DNA of 64,000 nt, taken from contig JBHGNT010000010.1 of the NCBI GenBank assembly GCA_043228905.1, positions 13,888,001 through 13,952,000 of the forward strand, written 5' to 3'. This document shows positions 49,824-61,660 of the stretch, piece by piece. Both the position numbers and the translations under genes were made by a program. Under the pieces are notes generated by a model that had not been told where the DNA came from, ran no database searches, and saw nothing but the letters and a program-made list of their open reading frames with translations. The stretch comes from Azolla caroliniana. Taxonomy: Eukaryota; Plantae; Polypodiophyta. Position 1 is the stretch's first letter. Every line of letters starts with the position of its first letter.

Positions 49824-52733
49824 ATGGACTGCATGGCACTCTCTGAGGCAACCAAGAAGTGGTTGAAGCAACACAGATTGGAAGGATTCTTAAGGATCAT
49901 GGAGGTACCACCACACAGAGAGACAGAAAAGGTTGTCAAAGACATCGACATAGAAGTAATCACAGAGGAGGCAATCCGTGCCCTGACGGGCCTACCCGAA
50001 CGCGGGGCATCTTCACCATAAACAACACTATCCCGGAGCAGCTCACGAAATACTTCGGTGAGTACTCTCTGGCCAGCAAGGCATATCGCACACAGGGCAA
50101 CGAGGATGGCTTATTCCGAGAGATTTCTTGTGTACTCCACGAGTTTGGCCATGTGTACCCTTGACCCTCGGCAATGCCTAGGAACATAGCCGGTTTAATT
50201 ATAGCCACATATGAGGGTATACAGGTGGACTGGTCGGTGTTGATCGCCGATGGACTGCGCGCGGCCATCGACTTGGTAAGAGGGAAGGATGGTAGGAAAA
50301 TATGGACGGCGGTGGTGCAATGGCTCACACTGTTAGAACCACTAGTGGAGCTCATCACGGCGAAGTAGCGGGGGAGATCAATCGAAGGAACCCCCAAAAT
50401 GGCTTCAAAATGGCAGCAGCTATTGGCTGCTAAGGCAACCAAAGGGAAGGAGGCTGACATTGAAAAAACGACGAAAGAGCGTCCTAACCAGGCGAAGACG
50501 CAAGAGGAAATACCGGCACGGCCAATAAAGATTACATTGCGCCGACCAGGTCAACAGGAGCCAGATCCCTTGGCAATGAAAATCAATCTTGGGACTCAGG
50601 AGCAGGAAACGGCGGAGGAGCCCAGCGAGCACCTCCAGCGGCACCAGAAGAAGAGCACTGCGGACCATGCCGGGGAGCAATCGGGTCCAGAGAAGGATAG
50701 GACGCCGATACCCCGCCCTGATGGCCCAGAGCCAAGGGTGGAATCGGAATCGGTTCGAACAGAACCGGTCACAGAATTCCCTATGCAGTAGGCTATGCCG
50801 GCGGGTCAGGATGTAACAAGACCCGTGATTCAGGAACCGATGATTTAGTTGTCTACACCACCGGCACACCAGGACGAACCAGAGCCATAACGGTCAACTG
50901 AGGCAAAACCAGAGCTGGAACTACCAAGTGGTAAATAACCGGAGCCAGAGTTGCCAACCAGACAAGATAAGCCACTGTCAAGCGCAGAAATCGCCCAACC
51001 CTCTGCGCGGATACAACAACAAGGCATGGGCAGCCAATGGTTGTGGTGGATTGGTGAGCAAATAGCCGGAGTGGTCCATTATATGGAGGCAGAAGAGAAA
51101 GCACAATTGGACCGGTTGCTAGCCACAACCGGAGAACTAGAGAAGGCCCGATCAAAGATCCGGAGCTTGGAACAAGAATTGGAAATAGCCACGGAAGCAT
51201 TGGCTAAGATGGTCATAATAGGACCCTAGGAACAAGAACCGATGGCTCCGGTACATGTACAGAATAATGAAACACCGACAACCGTACATAATAATACGAC
51301 CCCGGTGACGGAAACAATCCTGGATACAATTATAGCGCAAGCATAAGAGCTTTCCATTCTCAAAGAAGACCTGGCCGCACAGGAAGCATTACGGGCTAGG
51401 GAAAGAGAATTAAAAATCGCAGTAGAGGGGGAACAACGGAAGACTGCCAACAACCTCCGCCGAGCAGAAGAAAGCCTACGGAAGGGACACCAAGCCTATG
51501 ACCGGCTTAAGGAAGAGAAAGAAAAATTGTTGCAAGAGAAGGATAAACTTTGAAGGATGGCGGAAACAGAGATAGAGAGGCTCAAAAAGAGCTTTGGCAG
51601 CAAAAGGATAGGGAAGACCGAGCTCGCCGCCAAATCAATCTGAAGCTAAAGCAGAAAATAGACGATTTTGACCGCTTGCACCGGGATTATAAACATGTCG
51701 AGACGGAATACAAGAAGCTCATCACCGACACCGACCGACAACAGGAGAAGATGTTCGAGCTCCGGAACGAAGTGCAAAGGGCGGAGACAACGCTAGCGGA
51801 AGAACGGGCTGAGAAGGCAAACATACGAACTGAAGCGGCACAAGAATGCCTGGAACTCCAGATGCAACATCATGTGGAAACGGAACGCACCACCATGGTC
51901 TTACAAAGAGTGCAGAAAAACTATCAAAATCAACTGGTGCGCTACAAGGACCAGTAGGTGGTAACTGCAAACCTAATCAAACAGTTGAAAGATGAACGGC
52001 AGGCTACAGAAGACAAATCAAAGATGGGGCTGGAGCAGATCCGATGCATTGTACAAGCATGGAAGAATCGAACGAAGCACTTGATTGAAGACAACTCAAT
52101 ATTATGGTGGTCGAAATGGGTGAAGCATGTTGCCGAGCTACAGTTGCTGAGGGCGGACGCAGAAAACCGGCAAAGGGAAGGAGATGAGTTCTATAAGCTG
52201 GAAAAGGAAGACTTTGTTGCCGTGAAAGATGAATTGGCAGATGACTTCGTAGCATTGGCTGATGAACAGATAGCAGTGGTCCGGCAACTAGTGGTACAAC
52301 TGGACGATGATCAGCTAGATAACCAAATCCGGTTTGAAAGTTATGAAAAGGAGAGGCTACAGCAACAATCAATCTCAGTGATGAAGAGTCATCGTCGGAG
52401 CAAAGGACGGACAAAGGCAAGGCTAGGACAAGCCAACCGGATTTAACTCAGGAGGAGCAGCCAAGGCAGGAATATACGCAACAACCGTCGGCACCAAGGG
52501 CCAGACAACAGCTATCGGAGGAGCAACGCCCAGAAGAGCCGGAGACCGCGCAGCAGCAGGAGCAACAACAACAACAACCAATGGAGCAGCAACCGGAGCA
52601 ACGGCCACAACCAACGGAGCAGCAGCAGGAGGAGGAGCAACAACAACAACAACAACAACAGTCCGATCAGCTTTCCGAAGAACCCTTAGAGCCCCTCGAT
52701 TAGAGCATTCTAGACATTTTGGACGAGGATTGA
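49824..52733 (+). pseudogene. Additional sense 3' ORF of element A (degenerate)
   Basis: Homologous to 20284-23079 (YFGEYSLASK, VLHEFGHVYP, VDWxVLIADGL, coiled coil, Gln-rich end SILDILDED). Confidence 0.8.
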
Positions 52734-52786
52734 AGGCCGGATAGTGGGATTCGATGTACAAGGTACTGTCCCACGAGCATGCAATG

Positions 52787-53244
52787 TGTTAGCCAGCCAG
52801 CAAGGAGTGGAGGAGAGTCCAGAATGTGAAAGGGCAGGACTTATCGGAAGTTGTTATTAGAATATTACGTAATTAAGTATATTTTGAGAAGTGAACGGAC
52901 GGACCGAAAACGGTATGCCAATCCGTATCCGGACTGGTTCATATCAGTGTGCCGGTTGGCACCATTTTGTATGCAAAGTCGGTGATCTATAAAAAGGCCC
53001 GGTTACATTGTAACCTGACGGATAATTAATAAAGCCCTATTGTCTTATCTCTGTGTATTGATTACCGTTCTGTGCTAATTACTTTCTATCTTACGCGTGT
53101 ATTAAGATTCATGATATGTTGCTTAAGTAGCCGATAAAGGTCTAAGCAATCGTTAGTCTAAGTTACCTCGCTGTAACACCCTTTGGTGAAGTGTCTTCCA
53201 TAGACACCCTCTGTTAGGCTATTGTCCGGCCCTTAGGAGTAACA
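52787..53244 (+). repeat. 3' LTR of element A
   Basis: TGTTAG...TAACA ends; start placed by analogy with B LTRs. Confidence 0.8.
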
Positions 53245-53537
53245 AGGTTGATGGAAGAAGCAGAGGCGCGCCATGTAGAGGCCGTCCATTATTCGGCATC
53301 GGCCTGAATCCGGGAGGAGGTAGTGAAGACCTGAAACCGAAAGACTCTGGATTCTAGCCCTCAGTGCTAGAAGGCCTCTCCGGCGCATGGCTGAAGAGGG
53401 AAGAAGCGAACCCCGCGGAGTAGCGGGTCCGGAGGTCACCGGGTGGGACGACCCGGTACAGGAGAAGACCGGCTTCGTGGAAGCCGCGTGCTAGAACTAC
53501 GAAGTTCTGGTGGATGATAAGAGGGCAGGGTGTCATG

Positions 53538-53603
53538 ATATGGCAAGACTCGAACCCATGACCTTATGCTACATGGGTCGAGCTCTTACCATTAGACTAT
53601 GAA
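53538..53603 (-). ncRNA. tRNA-like Pol III promoter segment in LTR of H (repeated at ~57832-57897)
   Basis: Reverse strand reads TAGTCTAATGGTAAGAGC...AGGTCATGGGTTCGAGTC: A box, variable loop and B box at tRNA spacing. Confidence 0.55.
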
Positions 53604-54025
53604 TTGTATTTTGTAGGATATTATTTTCATTTATGCTTTATCATAGAAAATTGATGTATATTCCAGATCTCTCTGGAACATTCTAGAAGCTTCAGGATTA
53701 TTCCTAAAAACACTATAAAAGAAGGCACAAGGCATTGTTTTGAACCAAATTGGTTCAACACCAGTCTTAAGCCTCTTAGTCGATTTGTACTTATCTTTCA
53801 TATAATATAAGAGCTGCTGTCATCATCCTATTTCTCTCTCTCTCCTTTTCTCACTTCCTCTCTCTCGGGAATCTTACGCAGTCCCGTCCTCTTAGTACTA
53901 ATAGTACTACTCTTCTTAGTACTAATTCCATCTCTGTTTTAGTACTATTCCTGACAGTTTGAACCAATTTTTTCCTCTAGCCTACTTGTCACTCTCCCTC
54001 ATCCTCCTACCCTTTCCCCTATACT

Positions 54026-55183
54026 ATGGCTACTGTTAGCGCCCAAGAATACCAATCCGTTTTCTCCGAGCTACAGTGCCTAAAAGAAAAGTTTGTTGCC
54101 TTGGAACAAGAAAACCAACGGCTGATAGGGGATCTGCAACAAATCGCTCTAGAAAAACAACAAACGCAACAACAACATGGGGAGTTAGCGTTACGGGTAC
54201 AACAACTCGAAGCAGCATTGCAACAACAAGGATCCAGTCCCCAAGGATTTCATAAAGAGCCCAAGATTGGACTTCCTGTGAAATTTGATGGAACGCGTTC
54301 GCAATTTCGGGGATTCCTTAATCAGGTACGCTTAGTCATCCAGATGCATCCTTCCCGATATCCCACTGATGCATCTCGAGTCGGCCTAATAGGCACGCTG
54401 CTTAGCGGCTCAGCCTTGGCATGGTTCGCTCCGCTTCTAGAAAAACAATCGCCCTTGCTTAATAACTTTGAAGATTTTATTGGTGAGTTTAAAGCCTGCT
54501 TTGGAGACACCGACAGCATCAGGACGGCGATCAACAAGATCCGGCGATTGCGTCAAGGCGATCGTCCAGCCTCTGCCTACGCGGCGGATTTCCGCCTACT
54601 TGCTTCAGATATACCCTGGGATGATCAAGCACTAATGGAGCAGTTTCGCTATGGCTTGCGAAACGATGTCAAAGATCTACTTCTAACTTTCCCCGAAGAA
54701 CCAAAGTCTCTTACGGAGGCAATCAGTCGAGCAGTTCGATGTGACAACCGCCTTTTTGAACGGCGTTCAGAACGTCAATTACAGATACCACGCTCTAGGC
54801 CAGAGCCCACTTACGCCGCAGTCACGGCTAAACCGTTTGCACGAGACATACCTCAAGCAAATACTTCGACACCGATGGAGATCGATACCATGCGTCGACG
54901 CGGCCCGTTATCGGAAGAAGAAAAGCAACGACAACGTGCCAATCGATTATGCCTTTATTGCGGTGGACCAGGACATATCGCCATCAATTGTCCCCATAGG
55001 CCAAGAAGACAGGTAAATCAAATCGTCGCCTGTACTAAACCTGAGTCAATTCTTCCCTTCGGAGTGTCTGATAGTAGTAATAGTACTAATAGAGTGTCAG
55101 ATAGTATTCATAGTACTAATAGCCCAAGTATCTCAAATAAATTTGAAATCCTTAGTCAATTAGATGAAGAGTTAAACGATTGA
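54026..55183 (+). CDS. Gag of H (coiled coil, capsid, CCHC zinc knuckle)
   Basis: Intact 385-aa ORF with KFDGTRSQFRGFL, LRQG...YAADFR, PMEID and CLYCGGPGHIAINC. Confidence 0.92.
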   Translation: MATVSAQEYQSVFSELQCLKEKFVALEQENQRLIGDLQQIALEKQQTQQQHGELALRVQQLEAALQQQGSSPQGFHKEPKIGLPVKFDGTRSQFRGFLNQVRLVIQMHPSRYPTDASRVGLIGTLLSGSALAWFAPLLEKQSPLLNNFEDFIGEFKACFGDTDSIRTAINKIRRLRQGDRPASAYAADFRLLASDIPWDDQALMEQFRYGLRNDVKDLLLTFPEEPKSLTEAISRAVRCDNRLFERRSERQLQIPRSRPEPTYAAVTAKPFARDIPQANTSTPMEIDTMRRRGPLSEEEKQRQRANRLCLYCGGPGHIAINCPHRPRRQVNQIVACTKPESILPFGVSDSSNSTNRVSDSIHSTNSPSISNKFEILSQLDEELND

Positions 55184-55225
55184 GTCCAGCCAAAATAGGA
55201 GCCATTTGGTTGGACAGCAGCCCTA
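55171..55225 (+). promoter_or_regulatory. Putative -1 ribosomal frameshift signal (G TTA AAC plus pseudoknot)
   Basis: Heptamer is in gag phase; stem GTCCAGCCAAA/TTTGGTTGGAC follows; pol is in the -1 frame. Confidence 0.75.
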
Positions 55226-57813
55226 GATCTGTACAGCCCATTAGTGGTTCCATTCCTTCCAAGCAAGTTAGCAATGTGTTCCTAGCCCAAGTCATTGTTA
55301 GTACTAAAAGTACTCCCCCAGTACCCGTCCTAGCACTTTTAGATTCCGGAGCTAATTCCTGTTTCATGGATCGAAATTTTGCCCAAGCTTCTCAGATATC
55401 CTTAAGAAAAATGTAGCTTTGACTGCAAGCAAGTGGAATTTCTAGGCTACGTCATCTCCTCAAAGGGCATCGCCATGGATCCAGCTAAGATCCAAACTGT
55501 ACTAGAGTGGAAAATTCCACGGTCGGTACGAGATGTACAATGTTTTCTAGGTTTTGCTAACTTCTACCGTAAGTTTATACAGGATTACTCGAAGATTATT
55601 TTACCTCTCACACAACTTACGAAGAAGGGCCAAGCATTTCTTTGGTCCATTGAAGCAGATATGGCTTTTCGGCATCTTAAGAAAGCCTTTACATCAGCAC
55701 CGATTCTAGCTCATGTGGATACAAGCAAACCATTCATCATGGAGGCCGACGCATCAGATTTCGCCCTCGGTAGCATCCTTTCTCAACAAGGTGATAAAGA
55801 AGAGTTGCATCCGGTGGCTTTCCATTCGCGCAAATTCGATGTCGCAGAAATCAACTACGAAATACATGACAAGGAGTTATTAGCCATCGTGGATTCATTT
55901 GTACAATGGCGGCATTTCTTAGAGGGCTCTCCACATCAGGTCATTGTCTTCAGCGATCATAAAAATCTTGCTTATTTTCAGAACGCTCGCGTACTAAATC
56001 GACGGCAAGCTCGGTGGGCGCAATTCCTCACGCGTTTCGACTTCAAAATCACATATCGACCGGGGAAGCAGCAAGGAAAAGCAGATGCACTATCACGACG
56101 TTCATATCTTGCACCTCGTCCTGGTGACGCAACATTTGATAATCAAAAGCAAGTAATCTTGGGACCAACACGATTGCACACGACGCGGATTTTTCACACC
56201 CCGATGGATTCACGGATTACCGATGACATACGTGCAACCTTGAAGACGGATAGTTTTGCTCAAGACATCCTGGCGCACATTGATACTTCTCGGGCATCCT
56301 GTTCTCAGTCTCAACAACCAGGTATTGACTACCGACAATTCGAATATCATGATGGTTTGTTATTCTTTAAAAAGCGCGTATATGTCCCCGATTGCTCCTG
56401 TCGCCTTCAAATTGTCCAACATTGTCACGACACCCATACGGCGGGACATTTCGGTAGTACTAAGATGTTGGAGCTAGTGCAGCGATCTTTTTGGTGGCCC
56501 CACATGCGCCGTTTTGTCGACGACTACGTTCGGACCTGTGATGCTTGCTGCCGAGCAAAGATGCCACGACACCATCCATATGGCTTGTTGGAACCTTTAC
56601 CAATTCCAAGTAAGCCATGGCAGTCTATTTGTCTTGATTTTATCACAGATCTGCCGGTCTCGAAAGGGTTCGATGCTATCCTAACCGTCATCGATCGATA
56701 TACGAAGATGGCACATTTTGTGCCATGTACTAAAGCCATCACTAGCGAGGAAACCGCCGCTCTTGTTATGCGTGAGGTTTTTCGGCATCATGGCCTCCCA
56801 GACAGTATTATCAGTGACCGAGGCCCGCAATTCGTCTCCAAATTTTGGCAGCATCTCTTCAAGATGCTCAAGGTCTCCTGCAACCTCTCCTCCGGCTACC
56901 ATCCTCAGACCGACGGACAGGCGGAACGAACAAACCAAACGCTGGAGCAATATCTCCGGTGTTTCCTGAGTTATCCTGCAACCTCTCCTCCGGCTACCAT
57001 CCTCAGACCGACGGACAGGCGGAACGAACAAACCAAACGCTGGAGCAATATCTCCGGTGTTTCCTGAGTTATCAACAGGACGATTGGGACGAGATTCTCC
57101 ACTTTGCGGAGTTTGCGTATAATAATGCTATTCACTCCTTGACTCGGGTCTCCCCATTTTTCGCTTATACCGGTTTCCATCCTCGCTGGTCGGTGATCGA
57201 CACTCCGGAGCTACCTACCAACCCTCGTGCCGAGGATCATTTGGAGAGGCTACGCAAGATCCAGATGGATCTCTCTACTCACCTTCGTCATGCTCAACAC
57301 ACACAGAAGACTTATGCGGATCGTCATCGGATTCCCTCCTCTTTTGCCATCGGAGATCGAGTATGGCTCTTACGTCGTCACATCAAGACTACTCGACCGT
57401 GCGACAAGTTGGATTATCGACGACTCGGTCCTTTCCGTATTACGGGGAAGATTAATGATGTCACCTTCCGCCTTGATCTCCCTCCGCAGCTTCAGATACA
57501 TCCGGTTTTCCATTGTTCTCTTCTTGAACCTTATAAAGCAAACACCATTCCCGATCGTGTGACACCACCGCCGCCCCCACTGGAGTTGGACGCCGGCCCG
57601 GAGTATGAAGTTGCTGCCATCCTCGATTCCAAACTTGTTCGCAACAAACTCTATTACTTGGTCGATTGGCTCGGTTATAGTCCGAGCGAACGTACTTGGG
57701 AACCCGTCAAGAATGTTGCCAATGCACAAGATCTTCTTGCTGATTTCCACCGAAAGTATCCGGACAAACCCGGTCCGCAATTAGCGCTGACTCGTTCCAC
57801 TCGTCGTCTTTAA
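55180..57813 (+). pseudogene. Pol of H: partial protease fused to RT end, RNase H, integrase, chromodomain
   Basis: LLDSGANSCF is followed directly by KCSFDCKQVEFLG (YxDD region absent), then EADASDFALG, ICLDFIT and YEVAAILDS...YLVDWLGY...TWEP. Confidence 0.9.
56876..57073 (+). repeat. 98-bp tandem duplication in H integrase (frameshifting)
   Basis: CCTGCAACCTCTCC...GAGTTAT occurs at 56877 and 56975. Confidence 0.95.
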
Positions 57814-59309
57814 GGGGGAGATAGTGTCATGATATGGCAAGACTCGAACCCATGACCTTATGCTACATGGGTCGAGCTCTTACCATTAGACTATGAATTG
57901 TATTTTGTAGGATATTATTTTCATTTATGCTTTATCATAGAAAATTGATGTATATTCCAGATCTCTCTGGAACATTCTAGAAGCTTCAGGATTATTCCTA
58001 AAAACACTATAAAAGAAGGCACAAGGCATTGTTTTGAACCAAATTGGTTCAACACCAGTCTTAAGCCTCTTAGTCGATTTGTACTTATCTTTCATATAAT
58101 ATAAGAGCTGCTGTCATCATCCTATTTCTCTCTCTCTCCATTTCTCACTTCCTCTCTCTCGGGAATCTTACGCAGTCCCGTCCTCTTAGTACTAATAGTA
58201 CTACTCTTCTTAGTACTAATTCCATCTCTGTTTTAGTACTATTCCTGACACAGGGAAGGCCAGTGGGACCACGGCCCCGAATCGGTACGAGACCCGATTT
58301 GGGCCAAAGAGGAATGAAGCCGGCAATCCCGACATGGCAGATAAAGCAAGGCCGACCGGTTACCGGTTGGGCACCGAAATCGAAAAGACGACGAACCTGT
58401 GGAAGGTCCTCGAGGAGCGGATTCTCGACACCAAGGTGGAGTTGTCGCTGAGGGAGGTGCTTGGGATTGCCAAGAAGGAGTTCCACGACTCCATCGTGGA
58501 CTTGGTGAAGTGGAAACGGCTTTCAACGGAACCGGAGCTGGAGAAGCCGGTGGAGGTGCGAACGACGCACCTGGAAGATATGGCCCTGGAGGATGAGTTG
58601 ACAGAAATTCACTATTTGAGGTTGCATTGGGCTAGAGCCACTGCAAAGACCCCCGTTCCAATCGGAGATGTCCAGGAGCCGGCGGTGGCGTTGGTAGAAC
58701 ACAGTTCGGAGATCAACCTGATGTCCATGGACTTCTACAAGAAGGGTAAGTGGCCGATCAACACCAAACACGGGTGGAAAATACGAGCGACGACGCGCAC
58801 CATGGAGGGGCTACACGAGGCCTGCCCAAATGTACTAGTGAAGATCGGCAATGTCGAGATTGATCAACACTTCTTCGTGCAGGAGGCATCCTCGCACCCG
58901 GTTACCCTCAGCGAACCGTATATCATGACGGCACGCATGGAGACGAAGGTGTTGGATATAGGTTCGGCATACGCCCGAGTGAAGACCTAGGATGGGCAGC
59001 ACTCCGTCCAATTTCTAATGGTGTGACCGAACCACGAGCGCAACTGTGAGACCCTCGACGGTGAAGGTCGAGGGGATTTTTAGGAAGGGCTATCAAGGCG
59101 TGGGGCCGCGATAGTCTGGACACCCCAGAAAAACCCCACAAGTACAATAGGAAGGAAACCATGTACTATAGACAGGAAATTTTGGTTCTCCGACAACGGA
59201 GGCTGTACAATAGCCGGCATTAGCGGCCGGGAGAAGAAGCGGGCAGAGGAACGTCTCAGGGCGTGCGGAGTCCTAGGCCCCGACGAAGTGATAGGCAGCG
59301 CCATGGATC

Positions 59310-61660
59310 GGCTCACACAGATGTTAGAAGACAGCCCAATTATGACACGACTGAGTGCGCCATCCGAGCCACCGAGTGATGAAAGCATATCTCAGCCGAG
59401 TCCGAAGCTAGACAAAGGGAAGGAGAAAATGTGGGAATATGAAGATCAGGAAGAAATTGAGATGCTTAACTCTCTTGACAATGAATTTGAAGATCTCGAC
59501 ATCCGCATAGATGGAGCGAAGAAAGCCATACTCCCCACGGATCAAGAGTTACGCCAATCCACACATGAAAAGAACCCCGTAAACCGCTACGGCTATGACG
59601 AGTACATGGTGTATCACTACGCTTTTATGATGAAAGAAGCTTTAGTACGGGAACTAGAAACGCTTTCCGAAGCCGCAAAGGGTCCGCGATGGGTCGACGA
59701 GATGAATGAGGAGATGGAAGCTTTATGCAAAAACGAGACATGGGATCTCGTTCCTCTCCCCCTGAACAAGAACGCGATTGGCTGCAGATGGATATAAAAA
59801 GTAAAATACAATGCCGATGGATCCGTAAATCACTTCAAAGCACGGCTTGTTGTGAAAGGCTACGCACGCACAAACGCACGACATAGACTATGAAGAAACC
59901 TTTGCCCCGGTGGCAAAGATGACAACTGTACGGACAGTAATTGCACTCGCCGCAGCGAAGGGATGGCACCTCCACCAGATGGACGTGAAAAATGCTTTCC
60001 TCCAAGGAGAGTTAGAAGAAGAGGTGTGCATGAAACAACCACCCGGTTTTGAATCGCGTAAACATCCGCACGCCGTATGCCGACTCAAGAAGCCACTCTA
60101 TGGCCTCAAACAAGCACCGCGTGCTTGGCATTCGAAGATCACACAGTATCTTCATCAAGTCAGATTTCGGATGACAAAATCCGATACTTCTCTGTACATC
60201 CGAAATGAGTCGAATAGCCTGATCATCATCATCCTATACGTGGATGACTTGGTCATCAGAGGAAAGGATCTCGCCGAGATCAACTAAGTCAAAACACTTC
60301 TCTCCGACAGATTCGAAATGAAAGACCTGCATGAACTCCATTACTTCCTAGGCATTGAGGTAATTCGGACACCAGTCGAGATAATGATCTCACAACGGCA
60401 CTACGTCCTCAACTTACTCTACAAGTTCGGAATGACCGAGTGCAAGCCTGTGTCTACTCCTCTTGATCGTAACCTAAAGATTGATGCCAATTCCGGAACC
60501 GCTGAGAGCGAGCCGATTCGGTATCGACAACTGATCGGTAGTTTGATGTATCTAACCATTACGTGACCCGACTTGAGTTATTCAGTCGGCCTACTTAGCC
60601 AATTCATGGAGAATCCGCGAAACCTTCATCTTGATTGTGCTAAGAGGATACTACGGTATGTCAGTACGACAATGGCTTACGACATCATGTATAAGTCGAA
60701 CACGACTATTCGACTCGAAGGGTACACCGACGCGGACTGGGCAGGCTATATAGCAGATAGACGATCCACCTCCGGATTTGTTTTCTCCCTCGGTAACGGA
60801 GCAATCTCTTAGAGTAGCAACAAATAGCCGACAGTCACACTGTTGAGCACGGAAGCCGAATATAGGGGCGCAGCAGTCACCGCATGCGAAGCCGTGTGGC
60901 TTAAACGCACACTAAAGGATCTGGGCGTTCCCATCAAGGATCCAATTCGTCTCTACTACAACAACATGAGCAGTATCTACCTGGCGCGGAACCCCGTATT
61001 CCACGCGTGGACTAAACATATCAAAGTGCATTACCACTTCATCTGCGAGTGTGTACAGGCCGGTGAGATCGATCTACAACATACTAGTACGCACCTCCAA
61101 GTTGCTGACATCTTTACGAAGGCCTTAGGAGTCGACAAGCTCGGGCAATTTGCATCAGACCTTGGTCTCATGACATCTCCATTGTCGAACTTGAGGGGGA
61201 GTACAAGTGTCGGCGACATGGAAGCAATACTCAACGATACGCAACACATACGCACTTTGATCGAGTACGCGAGTACACAACACAGCTGACTAGACAAGTC
61301 TAAGTACGAATCGAACAACCTTCTCGACAGATAGAAGTTGTGTTCGAAGGGGCATGTTGAGAGTCGAACTCAACTTCCCATAGATAGGTTTCACACTAGC
61401 TCATGGACATGTTGGGCTAGTTTTGTAAATAGTAGAAAGGGCACTTGCCCTAGCTTAGTTGGTATATAAACCAACGCATTGTAACTTAGTTACTGTTGGA
61501 TGTTTTATGTTTGATGTATTTTTTGTTAATATACAGTTTGTTTCCATCTGTGCCTTAAGAGCTCTCTCTCTCTCTCTCTCCCTCTGTTGCCTCACACACA
61601 CACACTCTCTCAATCTTCTTCCGTTGCATTGCAATCACTCTTGCCTCCCATTCCGTTACA
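59310..61660 (+). mobile_element. 3' half of Copia F (RT, RNase H pseudogene, 3' LTR 61355-61660)
   Basis: NETWDLVP, LYVDDL, GYTDADWAG and ADIFTKAL; GAAGGGGCA then TGTTG...TTACA. Confidence 0.85.

Larger units (their letters stand above)
1..53244 (+). mobile_element. Gypsy (non-chromovirus, OTA-like) LTR retrotransposon A; 5' LTR cut by window start; interrupted by a 43.6-kb nested insertion (5671-49274)
   Basis: Bases 1-126 (ending GGAGTAACA) match 53119-53244 with about 7 mismatches. Domain order is gag-PR-RT-RH-IN. The integrase reading LKPYYG|PMPRNPF resumes at 49275 after TSD GGACC (5666-5670 / 49275-49279). Confidence 0.92.
53531..58250 (+). mobile_element. Very young Tcn1/Tf1-sushi-like chromovirus H with most of RT deleted
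   Basis: 426-bp LTRs at 53531-53956 and 57825-58250 (one visible difference), TSD CAGGG, PPT AAGGGGGAGA at 57812, C-terminal chromodomain. Confidence 0.95.
53245..59300 (+). mobile_element. Degenerate Gypsy-type fragment G (gag/protease region), split by H; no LTRs seen
   Basis: ORF 58334-58990 contains KVELSLREVLGIAK, decayed protease ALVEHSSEINLMS and HFFVQ. Sequence is continuous across the H TSD. Confidence 0.6.
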
